Assembly (NCBI RefSeq): GCF_036588685.1
Contig: NC_086380.1
Location: 2,790,001-2,854,000 of the forward strand
Source of the DNA: Mytilus trossulus
Taxonomy: Eukaryota
Length of the DNA: 64,000 nt
Reading direction: 5' to 3'
Under the pieces are notes generated by a model. It saw only the letters and a program-made list of their open reading frames with translations. It was not told where the DNA came from and searched no databases. Below, piece after piece: positions 25,405 through 38,054 of the stretch. Both the position numbers and the translations under genes were made by a program. Positions within the stretch are counted from its first letter, which is position 1; every line of letters begins with the position of its first letter.

Positions 25405-25634
25405 CTCACTAATGTCTTCCCAGGCAGGGTTGAAAAAAGTATTGTCTATCTTTGCGTCATCTAGATGGGCTAAGTAATTCCTGTAATACTTTATCCTCGC
25501 CAAATCAGAACCAGGTGTAGTCTCAATGGCTGAAGGAAGGCGGTCATATCCTCCGTGTGGAGGGATCAAGTCTGCCAGGTTTCTTAGTAATGTTATAATC
25601 AATGTTATGTCGAATGTATCAGAATTTGGAACAT
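25405..25634 (-). CDS. Coding exon 2 of the HEPN-STAND-ankyrin gene (HEPN core with RxxxxH)
   Basis: ttttgacag|AT...GAG|gtttgt. 230 nt, phase 1-0. Reads (D)VPNSDTFDITLIITLLRNL...GSDLARIKYYRNYLAHLDDAKIDNTFFNPAWEDISE. FDITL..LLRN and D..RI..YRN..AH are the DZIP3-type HEPN signatures. Confidence 0.9.
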
Positions 25635-25721
25635 CTGTCAAAACGAAAGATTTGAACTCATCATGATGTTTTAACCAATTCCTGGAAATTATTATCAAAG
25701 GTACCAGGATTATAATTTAGT

Positions 25722-26224
25722 ACGCCAGACGCGCGTTTCGTCTACATGGTCCGAGAACACAATTATTTCGTAGTGCATTTCTTTTAGAACATAAATGTAA
25801 ATAAAAAAAATCCCACCTGCGCTTTCTCAAAGAAACTTTTACAGTGTGTTGTACTACTTTTGGGACAAATTATATCAAAATAATAGAAAACTTCATCGGC
25901 TCTAACTCAAAATATGGACAATTGTATGTTTAGGGCGTCTTGAAATCTGTTGACAGCTTCCGAAGTGCTAATTTAAAACCTTTTTCAGTTGGACCAAATC
26001 ACTACTTTCCTTTAAAATTCTGGACCCAAATTTTTTTACAGTGTAATGTTATCCCCCTACTTGCAATTTGAGGCATTAAACATGAAGAAATAAATTTGGA
26101 AGGGGTATAAAAAGTAATGGCAAGTTACCCACTGTCAACACTAGGGGCTATATTTGTGAACAACGAAAATCAAGGGACGACAATGGTGGTCTCGGACCTA
26201 ATACATAAGACTCATCAGTGACGC
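25722..26224 (-). ncRNA. Minimal type I hammerhead ribozyme with intact core, split in loop II by a MITE
   Basis: Removing the insert and one TSD copy gives gcgtca CTGATGA gtct tatgt agac GAAA cgcgcg TC tggcgt: 6-bp stem I, 4-bp stem II, palindromic minimal stem III, and a GUC cleavage triplet at 25730-25728. Confidence 0.8.
25748..26201. mobile_element. ~450-bp MITE
   Basis: TIRs ggtccgagaacac ... gtggtctcggacc(taa). Flanking direct repeat tacat at 25743-25747 and 26202-26206. Confidence 0.75.
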
Positions 26225-26861
26225 TCATATCAAAATATTTATAAAGTCAAACAAGTACAAAGTTGAAGAGCATTGAGGATCCGAAATTCCCAAAACTGTA
26301 AATGGTGACTGAATTTTTTTTTAATCGTCCTCCTGCTAAAACAAAACTATAACTAGATTTGCCATTGCAAGCAATAGCGGGTGTCACCTTCCCCCTATGG
26401 GTACTTACTGGCAGCCATTTCGAAAATTTTAAAAAGGCTATCAACTGTTAATTATAAAAACAATTAAAGCATTTTTGATATATTTTTTTTTATATATTCA
26501 CGCAGTATCAATGGCAACGGTTACAAATTTGGAAACTCCAAACATTAAAGGCCCATCCAGATTTACCAGTTAACAATCATATAAAGTTTCATAAAATTAC
26601 GAGCATATCAAAATTTTTGATTTTTCTTTTGTATTTTTGCTTGTTCCTCTGGAATAAGAGACTGTTTCTAAAATTTAATGACGATACCACATTGGCACAT
26701 GGAAGGGAACATACCATGAATGTATCAACTGATTTGTCCTACCATTTTAGAAAGTAAATTCTAAAGTAAACCAAAACATCAGATGAAATTGCATCATCAA
26801 GTAAGTAACTGCTTATCAATACATCTATGTGTGTATTATTTTAATATTGAAGTGATAATAA

Positions 26862-27333
26862 AACAAGAATGTGTCCTTATTATACGGATGCTCCACTCGG
26901 ACTATCATTTTCTATGTTAAATGGACTTTGCAATTTGGGTAAAAACTGTCATTTTGCATTAAACTTAGAAAGATTATATCATAGGTAACATGTAGACTCA
27001 TTGTCAACTTAATTGGACTTCCACTTCATCAAAAACAACCTTTACCAAAAACATTAACCAAAAACTTTAACCTGAAACTTGCACTATCAATTTCTATGTG
27101 TTCAGTGGACCATGAAATTGGAGTCAAAACTCTAATTGGCCTTAAAATTAGAAAGATCATATCATTGGAACATGTGTACTAAGTTTCAAGTTGATTGGAC
27201 TTCAACTTCATCAAAAACTACCTTGACCATTTTTTTTAACCTGAAGCGGTATAGACGAATGGATGAACGGACGGACGGACGGACGCATAGACCATTAAAC
27301 GATTCCCCTCTACTATCATAGGTTGAACATAAT
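26862..27333 (+). repeat. HINE/pearl-like dispersed repeat
   Basis: Starts aacaagaatgtgtcc, has two internal units and an (ACGG)n tract at about 27266-27285. Homologous to 2975-3388 rev. Confidence 0.7.
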
Positions 27334-27719
27334 AAGTATTTGCCTTCATAGTTTGGATCAAATCGAAACTGATAGTAAAATTTACCGTAGATTTCAAATA
27401 TTTAAGAAAATAAAAGTATACAAAGTGTATTAAATGATGAGCTAATGAGATCTTACTTTGATTCTCTGAAGATATACATAAAGCCTGTTACAAAATAATA
27501 TTGAGATGTTTGTATTGCTTATGGACTCTTTTTTATATGAATATCTCTGAAGATATATGCTGTTACAGGAGATTTAGAAGAACATCTGTGTCTTAGGAAA
27601 TGAATTGAGCTTTATTGCAGCTGGTAAAATATACACGTAACATGTATCAGTATATTGATATTAATCAGGTTTCTATTCTAGTAATGGTGCATAATATGGC
27701 TAAATACATGGCAACTTAC

Positions 27720-27936
27720 CCGGAAATCGAGTGAACAGCAGATTCCACTGATGCGGGTTTATAACTTTTTTCTTCTTCATGTCATTCAGTTTGTTGAGCT
27801 CTTTCTTCAGTGAGGCATCCAAGCATGATGGGGCAAATTCTCGATCAAACAAAGTTCGCGCCGCACGTGGACATATTCCTGTTAGCAGCAAGCCCATCCT
27901 GACATAATTTTCCTCTTCTATTGAGAGAGTTGTCAT
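27720..27936 (-). CDS. Coding exon 1 of the HEPN-STAND-ankyrin gene (HEPN N-terminal half)
   Basis: ATG at 27936 (aaaaATGa), upstream acceptor attatttag| at 27962/27961, donor CCGG|gtaagt at 27720/27719. Reads MTTLSIEEENYVRMGLLLTGICPRAARTLFDREFAPSCLDASLKKELNKLNDMKKKKVINPHQWNLLFTRFP, the typical E..NY.R...L / Q..LL.P start of DZIP3-type HEPN domains. Confidence 0.88.
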
Positions 27937-28204
27937 TTTTGTGGTGTACAATTCTGTCTACCTAAATAATGTTAAATATATATATATATATATTATAAAT
28001 CACAGATTGCCTAACAATGTAATTTTAACACACTATTTAGTATGTAAATATAAGAATGTTTAAAGTATTTACAAAATGATGACAATAAACGCAATATTTC
28101 GCTAGACCAACTAGCTTTATCAAGCGTGCATCTATCCAGGTGAAATCGGATGTAGATGATAAGAAACTTTTGCAGCTCAATGTATATGTTGCACTTAGCT
28201 GCCT

Positions 28205-31200
28205 TGAAAATAAGAGATGTATGTATGTTTCTTTAGTTTCGGTACAAAAAGTGCACAGTTCTGTTTCACTATATTTACACTTCATAAGTAAAGTATTTGT
28301 TCCTAGAATTCTATGGAGTAATCTGTATTGAAATGCCCTTAATGTGGGATCTTCAGTTATAAGTAAAGGAAGACTAAAACAATAATTCCATTCTTCGGCC
28401 ACAATATCTATTCCCAATTTCATTTTCCATTTCTCTTGTATGCGTGATGGGGTTTCCTTTATTTTATCTAGAAAAAAATTATAAAAATGTTTTGATACTT
28501 TATCAACTGTTTTTATGGCGGTAACAATTTTGTGACTGACAGTATTTAGTTTGATAAATACTTGAGAATAAATAACATTCTTCCATTCCTTTAGCAGTGC
28601 CAAGATTAGTCCATAGAAATCTAAGAAAGTTGTTTTTATATTATAATTTCTAATAAATTCATCATAATTGTAAAATTCTCCATTTTCCTTAATGAGATCA
28701 TTTATGAAAAATACATTATTCTGTATCCAATTTTTATAAAAAGCTGTTTTTCCATCAATCATAATATTTTCATTTAAAAACAATGGTTGAGACAAGATAT
28801 CACTTGGGGCTGTGGTCAGAGGTTCACACAATGATTTCCATGATGAAATTACATTTTGCCAAAAAGGGTTAAATTCTTTTTTAATTTCATTGAGTGCTGA
28901 TTTTGATAAATGCCACATATTTTCACCACCATTCATTTCAAGGTGATCTGCCAATAGAACCTTGCATGAGGAATAATTTGTGGGGTCTAAAACTTTTTTC
29001 ACCCAGGATAACTTAAGTGATTTTATAAATGATTCAATATGTGGCATTTTTACACCACCATCCTCGTAATTTGAGATAAGTATATTTCTTTTAATTTTGT
29101 CCCCTTTACCATCCCACACAAATCTGTATAGCATAGATTGTAACTGCTTTACTATATCTGGGGATGGATCTGGTAAAACAGTAAAACATTGAATTAGAAT
29201 TGGTAGGGCGAGAGTTTTCACAACTACAATTTCCCCATATATAGTAATATTTCTAAATGACCAGTCACTTAAAAGATTTTTAACTTTTCGATTTTTTTCT
29301 AAATAATTATCAACACATATATCAACTTTTGACAAACAATATTGGATGCCTAGGAGTTTGAAATTTCCTGAATGGTTCCATATTATTGTTTTATTTGTGT
29401 TTAGCTCCTCACCACAGCCCCTTTTTTGCCCCAATCCATATTACTTAGTTTTTTTTTCAAAATTAGCCTTCAAACCAGAGCATGAGTAAAACAAGTCTAT
29501 ATTATTTAGAGCACTGTTGAGAGATTCTTCACTATCATCCAGGATCAAAGTCGAATCATCAGCATACTGACTGAGTAAAAATTCAGAATTCTTAATCTTT
29601 ATACCATTAATGTTGTTGTCATATTTTATTGATGCACTAAGCAGTTCCAAACATAAAATAAAAGGGTAGGGAGACAATGGATCCCCTTGTCGTACCCCCT
29701 CTCTATTACAAAAAAAATCAGATAGATAGCCATTATTTTGAATGCAGCTTTTTGAATTGTAGTAAAGGGTTGTGAACCATTTCACTATTGTGTCCCCAAA
29801 TCCTAGAAATTTCAAGGTTTCACATATAAAGTTCCACTCAAGAGAGTCGCAGGCTTTTTCAAAGTCCAACAAGACAAGCAAGCCAGGAATATCTTCGTCA
29901 TCTACTTTTTTCAAGAGGTCATATATAAGTCTTGTACACTCACCAATATATCTGCCTTTCATAAAGCCAGTTTGAGTTTCACTAATCAGGTGATCAAGGA
30001 CTTTTTAAATTCTATTTGCAATACATGTTGATACTATTTTATAGTCTACATTAAGCAGTGAAATAGGTTGCCAATTTTTTAGAAAATGTTTTGGTTTACC
30101 ATCTTGGGTAGACAGGTGATAACACCTTGTGTTTGTGAAATTGATAATTTACCTTCTTGAAATGCTTCTTTGAAAGAACGCAGTAAGAAAGGATAAGTGT
30201 CGTGCCCAATTTTTTTTATAAAACTCAGTTGTAAAACCATCCAGACCAGGAGATTTTCCATTTTTCATATTTTTTAATGCATTATGAATTTCTGAGCTTT
30301 TTAGTTCCCCCTCTAAATTAATATTTTGTTCATCAGACAGAATTTTGATAAATTGGTTTTCAAGAGAAAAGAAATTAGCTCTGTGTGTATTATTTATAAG
30401 TGTTTTCTTAGATGAATATAGATTATCATAATATAACTTTTGTTCCGCACGAATTTTTGCTTGATCAGTGATACATTCACCATTATCGAAAGTTAATTTT
30501 TGTATTACTTTGTCAATATAATTTCTTTTCTCTAGATTACAGAAATATTTTGTACTTGTCTCCCCTTCAATTTGCCATTTAGCTTTTGCTCTCATTATTG
30601 CCCTTTTTATTCTAGATTCTCTTAACGACCTTAACTGAAGTTCAATACGTGTAATTTCTTCCCTTTTATCATTGATATTTTCATTATTGTTCAAATTGTT
30701 CAATTGACTTTCTAGTTCTTGTTCTTCCCTACTGCGTTCTTTCTTTTTAAAAGATGAATAAGAAATTGTTTTTCCTCGTATCATCAGTTTCCCAAAACAG
30801 TTGGTCGGAAATGGAAAATTATATTTCTTCCCTATTTTCAGAATCAACTATTTTATATTGATCAATACAATCAGCAATACAAGTTTTAGTATTAGTAATA
30901 AATTCTTTGTCGTATGATAAAGCATTGTTAAATTTCCACGTCCCTTTGCCTTTTTCATTTGTATTAAATTGAATGGACAGAGATACGGGTGAGTGATAAG
31001 ACCTATATGCAACACCAATATCACACGAGGTTATCAGTGGTTGAAAATCAGATGAAACAAGGAAGTAGTCCAGTCTTGCCTGCTTCTTGTTAGGTCCTCT
31101 CCAGGAAAATCTCTTTTTCTCTGGGTATAATTCCCTATAAACATCAACCAGATCTATTTCTGACATCATTTCATTAACCTTTTTTTGAGCTTTAGGATTA

Positions 31201-31524
31201 TTTTTATGCAAATAGTTTAAAGTATCCATATCATAATTTTGTGGTAAATTCCAATCAACCCCCACTATTACTGAAGTATTACCAAAGTTTTCAATATCTC
31301 TTTGGAGTATTTCATAAAAAGCTGGTTTGTCCTCATTGGGTCCATATACCACTGCTATTGTCATTCTATGATTGAAAATTTTTATATCTAGAATTGCATA
31401 GTTCCCGTTTTGATCCACTTTTTGTCCAAAAATTTCAAAAGAAAAAGTGCTTCTAAACAAGATAGCCACGCCTCTACTGCTCGTGGTATGCGACCCAAAT
31501 ATTATTTTATAACCCCATTCTGCC
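28205..31524 (-). mobile_element. Decayed L1/Tx1-type LINE ORF2 (APE endonuclease, RT, Cys/His tail), frameshifted and truncated at both ends
   Basis: EN: VYGPNED, GVDWN, ARLDYFLVS, SYHSPV. RT: KSPGLDGF, LLDFEKACDS, GVRQGDPLSP, QYADDS. Tail: CTFC...ETYIHLLF. Spread over five reading frames. Confidence 0.9.
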
Positions 31525-31997
31525 TGTCAGTTAACTGCTAATAGTCTGTTGTTATTTATGTATTATTGTCATTTTTTTTATTTTCTTTTGTTACATCTTC
31601 TGACATCGGACTCGGACTTCTCTTGAACTGAATTTTAATGTGCGTATTGTTTGCGTTTTTTTTACATTGGCTATAGGAATAGGGGGAGGGTTGAGATCTC
31701 ATAAACATGTTTAACCCCGACGCAATTTTGCGCCTGTCCCAAGTCAGGAGCCTATGGCCTTTGTTAGTCTTGTATGATTTTTAATTTGAGTTTCTTGTGT
31801 ATAATTCGGAGTTTAGTATGACGTCCATTATCACTGTACTAGTATACATATTTTTTTAGGGGCCAGCTGAAGGACGCTTACCGGTGCAGGAGTTTTTCGC
31901 TACATTGAAGACCCAAAGGTGGCCTCCGGCTGTTGTCTGCGCTATGGTCGAGTTGTTGTCGCTTTGACACATTCCCCATTTCCTTTCTCAATTTTAT
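31525..31997 (+). mobile_element. 5'-truncated copy of the Penelope-like 3' tail (family 1), abutting the LINE endonuclease region
   Basis: Colinear and highly similar to 8625-9096. Confidence 0.9.
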
Positions 31998-34900
31998 TTA
32001 GTATCTGTATAAGAGTAAAATCCATTATATTATCGCTCCTTCACACACATATAAAAATATAAGGCACTTCGCATAGATGTCATTCTAATGCCAATTGCTT
32101 TGGCATGTTGTAATCGTAGCAACTTCATATATATATGTATATATGATATCGGCGTCATTTATTATCTTATCCATTTTAAGTATATGTTGATCTTATTACA
32201 ATTTCACGTATATTTTTTATTCATATAACTTCGCACATTTGTTGATATAACTGATAACATATGCACTTCCAACTAAACTTTTACTTTTTTGGACAGACGT
32301 ATAACTTGTAAAAGGGGAATATTTGACATACATATAATTATATCAAATTATCCAAACAGTTTTGGCTTTTCAGGCTATTATCATGTTAACGACATAGAAA
32401 CTGCTCCTGAAAATACAAATAATAACACGAATAACACCATTACAAACAAAGTTCAATTTCAGTATTCTGGTCACGATAAGAAACTACATGAAAAAGCACC
32501 TTAACAGACTGTATATTCTTAAACGCGTCTAAAAATATAACGAATCAATTTTAATTCTAAAAATGTACCTGTAATAATCATGATAATATAAACGACACGA
32601 AAATACGTAATTTTTTGTGACGTTGTTAAATTCATTTGATGTAGAGTTTATATTTGTGTTGTCGTATCCCTGTGTCGTAAATTCCTTGTAGGTGTTGTTG
32701 TTATTCTGCAGTTAACATGGTTTATTGGATTATTGTTCTATTTACTTATGTATTTATCTGTGCTAAGTGCTTTGATAGCCATAAAAGCAGGTTTAACCCC
32801 TTAAATTTTCCGTAAAATGTCCGACAACAAAATTTCCAACAACAAAAAGGAATATGGCAGTTAGTAAATTTTTATAGTTGATGTTTCCCTAGGTATTAGT
32901 TTGTGACCCGGAGTTGTTTTCGACCAATCTGTTTATGATTATAAAACAGCGGTAACTACTATTATTAAACTACAGCTGCTTCTTCAAACCATATTTACTC
33001 AGTCAAACATTCAGTTAATCAGCCAACAAAGACAATCAACAGTTTACCTAGTGTGTTAAGCTGACGATATTTGGATATGGGTATTTAGTCGGATCTTAAC
33101 GGGAACTTGTGATAGTATCAATTACAAAACCGTTCACGGATAAAATAATAAACAATATAAAATATTCAGGCTTTAGTTAAATCTGTTTATCTGTAAGATG
33201 ATGCAAGCATACGGTCTGTATTGTGTCTTTTACTATGAATAGCAAATAAATTTAAACTACTTTATTATATTATTGTGTAAACAGGTTGATTATGAGTTAT
33301 GAAGGACAATTAGTTCGAGCATTTTCGGGGTACGCTTTACAAAACTTCAAACAAATAGTCTTTTCCGTGGATTAGCCTTCATTAATCGTCACTATCATAC
33401 AGATTACTAACACTTGGTTATATTGATAATTTATTATCTCAATTAATGATGGTGCACGAATGTGCAGTTAATCAATTCTATTGATGTCATTTGTATGCAA
33501 GAGTGATATTCCTTTGTACTTTGTTGCAATTCGAAAAAGTCAATTGAACCTATGCGAGTATTGTTTCCCTTGAACAGGTTCATAATTTTATATTTACGTA
33601 TAGGTATTTGATTTATTTCAAAATAATTACAAAAAGTAGGAATTCAATATATTGCAGTTTATTGGTTTATTAAAGACAATGATGCATTAATATACTTTTG
33701 TTAATTTGTTTTGAAACGAATAAAATTATTAGCTTTCATATTTATAGATATATAATTCAGTTACATACAAGAAATTGTAACACTGACGATGCAAGACTTG
33801 CACAAATATAGTTGTATTACTTGTTTCTTTAAGACAAATGCATGTACGATGAGTCGCTCCTAACACATACATGTACACTCACAATATACACATATGAACA
33901 AATAGAACACCATACCCAACACTTATTTCCAGAAACTTCAAACTTATGTCAAATACATTAGTGAGAAGTTATGTTGAGAACCTATATAAAGCATTCAAAC
34001 TTTTATGAAAAAGACTTTAAATGGGAATTATCTCCCCATAATGATGAAATTTTGGAAAATTAACCAGAATAATCTTACTTTAATCACTTAAAGGTGCTAG
34101 CAATTTTTTTTAATTTGAGCTTAATTAACGTTAAAATAATTATCCACTAAAACGAATATTACTTTATTCAATTGTAAGGACTCGTTAGTTACCCATATCT
34201 ACTAATTTTAATTGATATGATAAATTTTAATAACAATAGACCAACATGCTAACTCATTTAATCGATCTGAATAACTTGTTTCGTTATATGCTGTAAAAAC
34301 AAACTATCACAGAAAACAACCACAAAATATGATAGAAAAAGTTGAAAAGACTGTCATGCATAACCGTGTTATGATTTTTGGTAACAACAAATAGTTGGAT
34401 GAATGAATACTTTTGATATATTTCTGCATTTAAATAATGCAATTTTCGATTCTCAGCTATCAAATTTCAGAGGTAAAAGTATATATAGATGTCGGATAGT
34501 ATATCAGTTTTATGTTAAAAATGAATGCATGGGTGACGAAAATTACTTGTATAAAATATGTTTTTATACATGCGATTTCTTTTTGTTACACTGTAGTGTA
34601 TAAACAAGGTAAAAATCTATCATATACACATTATATATGACTTATGCATAAGGCTATAGATATTTGATAAGAGGATCCTTCTTCTCATCGTGATTGAAAA
34701 TGAAGAAATTGCAGCAAGTAATTACCTCACTTTATATCTTATCATACAAAAATTCTCGTCTCATCTATAAATCTATTGTTATTTTTTTTAGCATGACAAA
34801 CATTCGATATTTCAACTATACCTCCCTGTTTTAATAGAGTAAGAAAAACACAATCTTTGAGGAGATTAATATACAAAATATATGAAAAAAAAAACCAACC

Positions 34901-35397
34901 TCATTACCACCTATTATGTATGTTATCTATGAATATTAATTTCAAAAATGTCATTATACTTTCGTTTTAACGGGTGTTTCCCAAGACAACAAATACATTA
35001 ATGCTGTTCTGATTTCCCCCCGAAAGATTGTTATTTCAATAATACTTACATTTTGCGACACAAATTCGCTGATTTTATTGATAGAATAATCATTATATTA
35101 TAATATCATAATATAAAAATGACTGATTTATCAATCAGCGACTTGAATGAGGAAACATATCATCTGGGCCTTACAAAATATACCAAGGTATTTTGTGTGT
35201 ACATGATAATCAGTTTTAGATATTCGCTTGAATAATTGCCTGCCCAAAGAAAAGAAAAACACATACTATTACAAATTATTGATTAAATCACCGTTTGGAA
35301 ACTGTTGTAAAAAACTACGAACTAGCAGACAAAACTAACTTACTTTTATCTGATTCAATATAATGTTATTTTGGACTCGTCCAGTGACCGTCTAAAT

Positions 35398-35910
35398 AGA
35401 CTTCCTGTTCGTTTGTATATGTGTTTAAATGTTTGTAGTGATAATTATTAGTATTTAAATGTTTAAAAGTACACACTGTTTTTATTTAGTTTAAATGTTT
35501 AATGTTATATTTGTAATTCTCATCGGATTTTGTCAAATGTGTTGACGTCTTTTTTTATTATATTTAAGAGTTACGGAAAGAAAAATAATCACTGCCTTTA
35601 TTAATTATATATAATTTTGTACGATAATTTACGTTTGAAGTTGGATTCATAACAGACTTCCTGTTCGTTTGTATATGTGTTTAAATGTTTGTAGTGATAA
35701 TTATTAGTATTTAAATGTTTAAAAGTACACACTGTTTTTATTTAGTTTAAATGTTTAATGTTATATTTGTAATTCTCATCGGATTTTGTCAAATGTGTTG
35801 ACGTCTTTTTTTATTATATTTAGGAGTTACGGAAAGAAAAATAATCACTGCCTTTATTAATTATATATAATTTTGTACGATAATTTACGTTTGAAGTTGG
35901 ATTCATAACA
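35398..35910. repeat. Recent 256-bp tandem duplication
   Basis: agacttcctgttcgtttg...ttggattcataac at 35398 and 35654. I see one substitution between the copies. Confidence 0.95.
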
Positions 35911-36229
35911 AACTGGACATATATATACTATAGTGTATTGCTATTAATAAGTATTGCAATATGCATTGTTTAAATGTAATATCAGTATTAAGTTCTAATA
36001 TAATCTTAAATCAATCCTAATTCTATTCTACTTTTAAATTATAGATTTTCGTATGTGACGTCACGCTGTTTCTAAATTTCATAAATTCTAATATGGCGTA
36101 ATGTTTGTGCCTTTTCGCCATCGTATGTGACGTCATTTTTTAAAATTTATGATTTGCTGCGTTTAGGCCTGAAGTGAGTCGGGTGTGTCTATTCTGTTCG
36201 GTCTTGGCATTAGGTATTCGGGTTTAGTT

Positions 36230-37026
36230 TTCAGTAATTAGTTAATACTTCAGTTTCATTATGTATATCTCTTTCATATTCATTTGATGAAATTTGCTGT
36301 TTGCGATAGCATTAATTGTTCTAAATGATAAGGATGTTCTTATCCCAAGCATAAAAACTACGCCGTATTTGGCACAACCTTTTTCAACTTTTGATCTTCA
36401 GTGCTGTACAACTTTGTACTTTTTTTCACTTTCGATGTTTTATATCTGGGCGTCACTGGTGAGTCTTGTGTTGACGAGGCGCGTTTTTGACGTATTGAAT
36501 TTTAAACCTGATTCTTTTTGTTATCTATTAATCATGTGTTTCTTTGTATGATATGTTCTCCTATTTATTTGTTTTGTAGTCCTGTAATATTATGTTGTCA
36601 TTTCAATGTTATATTTAACTTGGCCATTAAAGTGCGAGGTTTGGCATGCCACAAAACCAGGTTCAACCAGGTTATTCCCCTTTAAAAATGTCCTGTACCA
36701 AGTCAGGAAGATGGCCATTGTTATATTATTGTTCGTTTCTGTGTTTGTTGCATTTAAATGTTGTGTCGTTTGTTTTCTTTTATTTTTGAGATATTAAGAT
36801 AAGACGTGGCACGGTACTTGTTTATCCCAAATTCATGTATTTGGTTTAGATGTTATATGTGTTATTCTCGTGGGATTTTGTCTGATGCTTGGTCCGTTTC
36901 TGTGTGTGTTCCGTTTCGGTGTTGTGTCATTGTTCTCCTCTTATATTTAATGCGTTTCTCTCGGTTTTAGTTTGTTACCCCGATTTTGGTTTTTGTCCAT
37001 GGATTTATGAGTTTTGAACAGCGGTA
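36230..37026 (+). mobile_element. Family-3 repeat: degenerate hammerhead motif, conserved hairpin and fixed 3' end (PLE-terminal-repeat/retrozyme-like)
   Basis: HHR-like gcgtca ctggtga gtcttgtgttgac gagg cgcgtt tt tgacgt at about 36450-36493; cctgtaccaagtcagg at 36692; 3' end aacagcggtatactactgttgcctttattt. Homologous to 55780-56421, with 3' stubs at about 32870-32965 and 50390-50535. Confidence 0.7.
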
Positions 37027-37809
37027 TACTACTGTTGCCTTTATTTGAATAGTTGCATACAATTTATCATGTTTATCTAAAAGACAGAAAATACCAACGG
37101 GGCATTAAAAAAATAACCTGATCTTGAGAGCTTCAAAATAAATTATTAATTTGGCAATTAACTGAAGCAACAGTATTTTATGTTTTATCTATGAATTCGG
37201 TGATTCAGAAAACGTAGTGAACTACTATACATTGTAGGAGCAGTTTGAAGACTTTATTTGTGAAGATCGAGAACCACATTTATAAACAATAATAGATTTA
37301 CAGGGAAAAGATATACGATGACGCCGTTAATATATTACAGTGGGTCTCACAAATGTCACACCTGCGTAGTAAATGAATTGTGTTTAGAAATGCAAAAACA
37401 TGATAATTTCCTCGACAATGAAAGACCTTTAAAACATGTTTTTTTGATTCTATCTTGTATCTTTTGGACATCTATTCTAATACAATTTATTTTCTCAAGA
37501 ATTCTCTAAATCACACCATTAAACAAAAAATAAACCAGTGCACTTAACTCCTAACCAAAGGTTAATGGTTGGTGCCATAATTGTGTTTTGATGAAATGCA
37601 CAGGATATTGAAACCACTTACGTTATTTTTTCTGTTATTTTTGTCAAATATTTTGAATACAAATTCTACATTATTTAAGTAATCATGCGTTGTTTAATAC
37701 GGTATCTTTAAACAAGAATGATCAAACATTTGATTTCACAATATTGAGGAATGTATGTGTTTGCTACCAGAAAAAAACCCTTTTAAGATCAACATCAAGC
37801 CATTAAAGA

Positions 37810-38054
37810 CTCTGGCCTTTGTTAGTCTTGTATGATTTTTAATTTTAGTTTCTTGTGTATATTTCGGAGTTAAGTATGACGTCCATTATCACTGTACTAG
37901 TATACATATTTTTTAAGGGGCCAGCTGAAGTACTCCTCCGGTACGGGAGTTTCTCGCTACATTGAAGACCCATTGATGGCCTTCGGCTGTTGTCTGCTTT
38001 ATGGTCGGGTTGTTGTCTTTTTGACACATTCCCCATTTCCTTTCTCAATTTTAT
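37810..38054 (+). mobile_element. Short 5'-truncated copy of the Penelope-like 3' tail (family 1)
   Basis: Matches 8856-9096 and ends at the same ttcctttctcaatttta terminus. Confidence 0.85.
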
